Source: Vulcanimicrobiota bacterium (lineage in GTDB: Bacteria > Vulcanimicrobiota > Vulcanimicrobiia > Vulcanimicrobiales > Vulcanimicrobiaceae). Taken from it: a stretch of 10,888 nucleotides of DNA. Every line of letters begins with the position of its first letter. Positions within the stretch are counted from its first letter, which is position 1. The notes beneath the pieces were generated by a model. The model worked only from the letters and a program-made list of their open reading frames with translations, had not been told where the DNA came from and searched no databases. Shown here piece by piece: positions 7,128 to 10,888 of this stretch. The position numbers were made by a program, and so were the translations under genes. The stretch spans positions 840 through 11,727 of the forward strand of contig PKZK01000123.1 of assembly GCA_003133025.1 (NCBI GenBank). Reading direction: 5' to 3'.

Positions 7128-7651
7128 GCCTGCGAGGTCACGCAGCGCTCGTAGGCGTCGCGGTCGGCGGCCGTCCAGTAACCGCGCATCGCACCGAGCA
7201 ACGCCGCGGCACGCTCGGGAGCGTGACGGCGTAGCTCGCCGAGCGCCAGCCGGCGACAGCGCGCGACGAGCATGGCTTCCCGATGGCGTACGCGGAACGC
7301 GGCGGGGTCGCCACGCAAAAAGTCGTCACACTCGGCAACCAGGAGTTCCGCAACCGCATCGAGTTCGGCCGCAAAGGCCGCGGGCGCGCGGATGCCGGTG
7401 CGGCGCCCCGGGCTGCTCCGCCGCGCCGCAACCAGTTCGGAGAGCAGATAGGACTCGCCCCGATCGGCTTCCCGAAGGGTTACGTCGACCGCCGCGTCGC
7501 GCAGATAGTCGAACGAGACCGCGACCGTGCCGGCCGCCGAAGCGTACCAGGCACCGGCCGGGACGGCGCGAGTTCGGCTCACGACGAAGCCGAAGCGCTC
7601 GACCAAGAAGCCGAAGCGATGCATCAAGAGCGGCAGCGCGTCGGCGCTCAT
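7124..7651 (-). CDS. Hypothetical protein (about 175 aa)
   Basis: Protein-like sequence MSADALPLLMHRFGFLVERFGFVV...DDFLRGD... with GC3-rich codons. Start is ATG 7651 or 7666. Its stop overlaps the methyltransferase stop (CTAA, 7124-7127). Confidence 0.7.
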   Translation of the reverse strand: MSADALPLLMHRFGFLVERFGFVVSRTRAVPAGAWYASAAGTVAVSFDYLRDAAVDVTLREADRGESYLLSELVAARRSSPGRRTGIRAPAAFAAELDAVAELLVAECDDFLRGDPAAFRVRHREAMLVARCRRLALGELRRHAPERAAALLGAMRGYWTAADRDAYERCVTSQA

Positions 7652-7838
7652 GATCGTTGCCCGCATGCTATACCATCGGCGCTGATGGCGCACCGGTTGA
7701 GGCAGGCGGAGAGAGGGCCAGGCGTAGGGCGACACGCCGAAACCGCGCCGCCTAACAGGCGATGACCTAGCCGGGAGTAAACCTCGACCCGTAGCGCACG
7801 TATGAGTTGCGTCAGTTGTTTGGTTTGGGGAGGGCGCG

Positions 7839-8237
7839 GTGCTACAAGGTTTCAAGGCGTTCATTTTGCGCGGCAACGTCGTCGATCTGGCGGTGGCGGT
7901 GGTCATCGGCGGGGCATTCGGCGCGATCGTCACGGCGCTCGTGAAGGACTTGATCACGCCGCTGATCGCGGCGATCGTCGGCAAGCCCGACTTCTCGGCG
8001 CTCACCTTCGAGATCAACAACAGTAAGTTTCTCTACGGCGACTTCATCAACTCGGTGGTCAGTTTTCTCCTGATCGCGACGGCGGTGTACTTCTTCGTCG
8101 TGGTGCCGTTGCAGCATCTGCTGCCCAAGAAGGCCGAAGAGGCGCCGCCGGCCCTGAAGGATTGCCCGGAGTGCCTGACCTCGATTCCCGCCGCCGCCAA
8201 ACGCTGCTCGGCGTGCACCTCGCCGCAAGCCGTTTAG
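7839..8237 (+). CDS. mscL: Large-conductance mechanosensitive channel with C-terminal CxxC-x10-CxxC motif
   Basis: MLQGFKAFILRGNVVDLAVAVVIGGAFGAIV..LVKDLITP and YGDFINSVVSFLLIATAVYFFVV. A GGAGG SD precedes the GTG start. The tail is CPECLTSIPAAAKRCSAC. Confidence 0.96.
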   Translation: MLQGFKAFILRGNVVDLAVAVVIGGAFGAIVTALVKDLITPLIAAIVGKPDFSALTFEINNSKFLYGDFINSVVSFLLIATAVYFFVVVPLQHLLPKKAEEAPPALKDCPECLTSIPAAAKRCSACTSPQAV

Positions 8238-8270
8238 AGCCGGGCTCCTAGCCGACGCTGCGCGAGCGAA

Positions 8271-9245
8271 TCAACTCGAACGAAGCGCGCCCATCCGGCG
8301 CTCCTCGGCCTCGACTTCGGCGGCGAGCGCTTGCGGCCGCTCGCGATACTTCGCCCAGAGTTGGGGCATGTGCGCGATGTCGTCGAGCACGCGCGCGAAG
8401 ACCGAGTTGACCGGCGTCGGCACGCCGCCGGCGCGTCCCGCTACGGCCACGGCGCCGTTGAGCACGTCGACCTCGGTATGGCCTTTGGCCTCGCGCAGAT
8501 CGAGCAAGAGCGAGGGCGGTTTGCGTCCCCGCGCGCCCGCAATGCGTCCGGCCAGGAGCATCCGCGCGATGCCGCTGGGCAACGCGACCGCACTCTGCAA
8601 CGCGCGGACGGGATAGCGCGGCAAATCGACGGGTTGGAGCTTGAGCGCCTTCATCACGTCGCGCGTCTCGCGGATGGCGCGCACTTCCAGCGCGAACATG
8701 CCCTCCAGTTGCACGAGGCGTTCGGGCAGCACGTTGAGGATCGCGCACGAAGCGTTGGCGATGATGTTGAGCGACAGCTTCGACCATTTCATCGCGCGGT
8801 AGTCCGAGGCGACCTGCACCGGAATGTGCGCGCTCTCGAATGCGGCCACGAGCCAGTTGTGTGCCTGCGTGCCGACCGGCGCGAGCGCGATGCCGCCGCG
8901 GTTGGAGGCGCTGACTTTGCCGTCGCGCGACTTCTCGACCGGCACGGTCAAGGCGGCCGAGACGATCGCGTCGGGCCCGAACACGGCCGCCAATTTCTCC
9001 TCGTTGCCGACGCCGTTTTGCGGGCAGAGGATCGTGGCTTGCGGCGAACTCGCGAGCGCCTTGCGCAACGTCTCGATCGCTCCGTCGGTGTCGTAGGCTT
9101 TCACCGCGACGATGGCCAGATCGCACGCGACCGGCACGACCGCTTCGAGCGAGCGCGGCGCATATGCGACCGTGGCGCCGCCCGCGGTCAGCCGGTCGCC
9201 CAGAAACGTGCCCACGGCCCCCGCGCCGACGATGTAAACGTTCAT
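8271..9245 (-). CDS. panE: Ketopantoate reductase (ApbA/PanE) family oxidoreductase
   Basis: Rossmann motif [29 protein letters not shown]...N and PSLLLD.....TEVDVLNG. Its ATG overlaps the dut stop (ATGA, 9242-9245). Exact substrate is not certain. Confidence 0.85.
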   Translation of the reverse strand: MNVYIVGAGAVGTFLGDRLTAGGATVAYAPRSLEAVVPVACDLAIVAVKAYDTDGAIETLRKALASSPQATILCPQNGVGNEEKLAAVFGPDAIVSAALTVPVEKSRDGKVSASNRGGIALAPVGTQAHNWLVAAFESAHIPVQVASDYRAMKWSKLSLNIIANASCAILNVLPERLVQLEGMFALEVRAIRETRDVMKALKLQPVDLPRYPVRALQSAVALPSGIARMLLAGRIAGARGRKPPSLLLDLREAKGHTEVDVLNGAVAVAGRAGGVPTPVNSVFARVLDDIAHMPQLWAKYRERPQALAAEVEAEERRMGALRSS

Positions 9246-9715
9246 CGCGCCGCGTCGCGCGCGTGACCCGTGCTGCCGAAGCCGCCCTCGGCGCGCAGGC
9301 TCGACGCGAGTTCGTCGCGTTCGGCGAAGGCCGCGCGCGCGACCGGCGCGAGGATCATCTGCGCGATGCGGTCGCCCCGGTTCACGGTGAACGGCGCCTG
9401 GCCGAGATTGACCAAGATGACGCCGACCGGGCCGCGGTAATCGGCGTCGATCGTGCCCGGCGCGTTGAGCAGCGTCACGCCGTAACGCAGCGCGAGCCCG
9501 CTGCGCGGGCGCAACTGGACCTCGTAGCCTTCGGGGATCTCGAGCGAGAAGCCGGCGGGCACGAGCAGCCGGGAACCCGGCTCGAGCGTCACCGGCTCGG
9601 CGACGGCGGCATGCAGGTCGGCACCGGCCGCGCCGCCGGTCATGTACGCGGGTAGGGGCAAGCCTTCGCCCTCGGGCAGACGCTTGAAGCCGACCCGGAC
9701 CGGACTACTTGGCAA
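9242..9715 (-). CDS. dut: dUTP diphosphatase (trimeric dUTPase)
   Basis: All five motifs are present: [29 protein letters not shown] and [10 protein letters not shown]. The probable start is TTG 9715, overlapping the nrdR 3' end. Confidence 0.95.
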   Translation of the reverse strand: MPSSPVRVGFKRLPEGEGLPLPAYMTGGAAGADLHAAVAEPVTLEPGSRLLVPAGFSLEIPEGYEVQLRPRSGLALRYGVTLLNAPGTIDADYRGPVGVILVNLGQAPFTVNRGDRIAQMILAPVARAAFAERDELASSLRAEGGFGSTGHARDAAR

Positions 9716-10148
9716 GCTCGGCCAGCTCGGCTTGGAACTTCCCGATGTCGTCGAACGAGCGGTAGACGCTCGCAAATCGGATGTAGGCCACCTTGTCGAG
9801 CGCCTTGAGCGCCTCCATGACCTTCTCGCCGACCATGGTTGCGGGCACCTCGTTCTCGCCGCGCGAGAAGAGGTCGCGTTCGATGCCGGCGACCAGCTCT
9901 TCCATCTGCGCCTCGGAGATGGGGCGCTTCTCGCATGCGCGGCGTAAGCCGCTGAGCACTTTGTCACGGCTATACTGTTCCCGCCGCCCGTCTTTCTTGA
10001 CGACGAACTGACGAGGCGCTTCCATGCGCTCGTATGTGGTGAACCGGTATTTGCAACCCAAGCACTCGCGGCGACGCCGAACGACGCTTTCGTCATCACG
10101 GGAATCGACGACGCGGGTCTCGTTCTTCCGGCAAGTCGGACAGATCAG
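9705..10148 (-). CDS. nrdR: Transcriptional repressor NrdR (Zn ribbon + ATP cone), probable CTG start
   Basis: The reverse strand reads CTG-ATC-TGT..., giving (M)[40 protein letters not shown], then [15 protein letters not shown] and [15 protein letters not shown]. An in-frame TAG lies at 10181-10179, with no ATG/GTG/TTG between it and the first Cys. Confidence 0.96.
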   Translation of the reverse strand: MICPTCRKNETRVVDSRDDESVVRRRRECLGCKYRFTTYERMEAPRQFVVKKDGRREQYSRDKVLSGLRRACEKRPISEAQMEELVAGIERDLFSRGENEVPATMVGEKVMEALKALDKVAYIRFASVYRSFDDIGKFQAELAELAK

Positions 10149-10168
10149 GCTAGGCCAAGCCTCCGCGC

Positions 10169-10196
10169 AACGGCCCCACTAGATAATGGGGCCGTT
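10169..10196. promoter_or_regulatory. Inverted repeat containing an NrdR-box-like 16-mer
   Basis: AACGGCCCCA-ctagataa-TGGGGCCGTT is a perfect 10-bp inverted repeat. CCACTAGATAATGGGG (10176-10191) resembles the NrdR box acaCwAtATaTwGtgt. Confidence 0.55.
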
Positions 10197-10199
10197 CCG

Positions 10200-10229
10200 A
10201 GTATAGCCCACAACCGGCGCGGTCGGCAA
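10200..10229 (-). promoter_or_regulatory. Candidate sigma70 promoter of nrdR-dut-panE
   Basis: On the minus strand: TTGCCG (10229-10224), an 18-nt spacer and TATACT (10205-10200). Confidence 0.55.
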
Positions 10230-10270
10230 ATCAGCGCGCCGAACGTGGCTCCGTGCGGCCGGAGCGGCTG

Positions 10271-10420
10271 CTAGGCGGCGCCGATCTTGAACATCTTGGT
10301 ACCGCACTCCGGGCACTTGCCCTCGGTCGCCGGGCGACCGTTTTTCATCGTGATCTGGACGGCGTCTTTCATCTCGCGCTTGGACTTGCACTTGACGCAA
10401 TACGCCTGGGGAGCTGCCAT
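10271..10420 (-). CDS. Small Cys4 zinc-ribbon-like protein (DUF5679-like, 49 aa)
   Basis: MAAPQAYCVKCKSKREMKDAVQITMKNGRPATEGKCPECGTKMFKIGAA matches the AYCVKC...MKNGRPA..G.CP.CGTKMF.IG pattern. An AAAGGG SD lies upstream. Confidence 0.88.
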   Translation of the reverse strand: MAAPQAYCVKCKSKREMKDAVQITMKNGRPATEGKCPECGTKMFKIGAA

Positions 10421-10580
10421 GGTTGGATGACCCTTTCGTTTCGGCGCGGGGCCCCAAAAATTGACGAGGGGGGCCTGCACAATCCCGCCGTCCATTCTGA
10501 TGCGGCTGGCGGACTCCTCGCGCTCGACGACGAGGGAAGTCCCCTTGCCGGAACCCCATCCGCGTGGGAAAGGCTGCCCG

Positions 10581-10888
10581 ATGGCGCTCGACGACCCTCG
10601 TTTCGTCCCCTTGAACGAGCTTTCTCGGCCGCAGACGCGGGCCTGGGAGGCTTTGCGGCTCGACGGCGTCTGGCTCGCGGGCGACCCGCACGGCCTGGCC
10701 AGGCCCACCGTGGCAGTGGTGGGCTGCCGCGCCGCGAGCGACGCGGGCCGGCGCCACGCCCGGGCCATCGCGCGGGGTTTGGCCGAGGCGGGCGCGTGCG
10801 TGCTCTCAGGCCTCGCCTTGGGTATCGACGCCAGCGCCCACGAGGGCGCGCTGGCCGGGGGCGGCCCGACGATCGGCGTGCTCGGCGG
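10581..10888 (+). CDS. dprA: DNA-processing protein DprA/Smf (3' end outside window)
   Basis: Hand translation from ATG 10581 gives MALDDPRF...PTVAVVGCRAASDAG...IARGLAEAGACVLSGLALGIDASAHEGAL.GGGPTIGVLG, which carries the hallmark DprA motifs. It is absent from the ORF track because there is no stop in the window. An alternative in-frame ATG lies at 10500. Confidence 0.93.
   Translation, partial: MALDDPRFVPLNELSRPQTRAWEALRLDGVWLAGDPHGLARPTVAVVGCRAASDAGRRHARAIARGLAEAGACVLSGLALGIDASAHEGALAGGGPTIGVLG

Noticed and set aside
7673..7688. Near-palindrome CCATCGGCGCTGATGG between divergent genes
   Set aside because: It is short, GC-rich and imperfect, with no second copy or recognisable regulator.
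7756..7820. GGCGATG...GCC...TAAACC upstream of mscL, resembling a fluoride riboswitch
   Set aside because: It lacks the conserved P1 loop and the 3' pseudoknot partner, and the downstream gene is not fluoride-related.
7667..8020. N-terminal extension of the 298-aa minus ORF
   Set aside because: It is antisense to mscL and its leader. The credible coding part begins at 7666 or 7651.
9716..10099. Long N-terminal extension on dUTPase (285-aa ORF), or an NrdR-Dut fusion
   Set aside because: It is an alternate frame of nrdR. nrdR has its own TAG at 9707-9705, and dut has a TTG at 9715.
1..10888. CRISPR array, tRNA/rRNA, IS element, defence or toxin-antitoxin genes
   Set aside because: No regularly spaced repeats, cloverleaf or rRNA signatures, or transposase, integrase or nuclease motifs were seen.

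Overview
High-GC bacterial chromosomal window. It runs from a 5'-truncated ComM/YifB Mg-chelatase-like AAA+ gene to a 3'-truncated dprA in the same orientation. Between them, in order: a lower-GC pair of secreted orphan genes (a lipoprotein and a Ser/Thr-rich exported protein), cdh, a small membrane protein, a PAS-PAS-GGDEF(degenerate)-EAL phosphodiesterase, a small acidic protein, a class I SAM methyltransferase, a hypothetical protein, mscL with a C-terminal Cys4 motif, a nrdR-dut-panE-like operon and a 49-aa Cys4 protein. I found no rRNA, tRNA, CRISPR array, integrase or transposase. Three signals stand out. (1) Codon usage switches sharply inside comM at about 787 while the frame stays open, and the lower-GC tract continues through the two secreted genes. 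This suggests an acquired cassette that replaced the 3' end of comM. (2) nrdR can only start at a non-canonical CTG codon and has an NrdR-box-like dyad just downstream of a plausible promoter. (3) MscL carries a zinc-ribbon-like tail. All calls come from reading motifs by eye; no database searches were run, and novelty is unverified.
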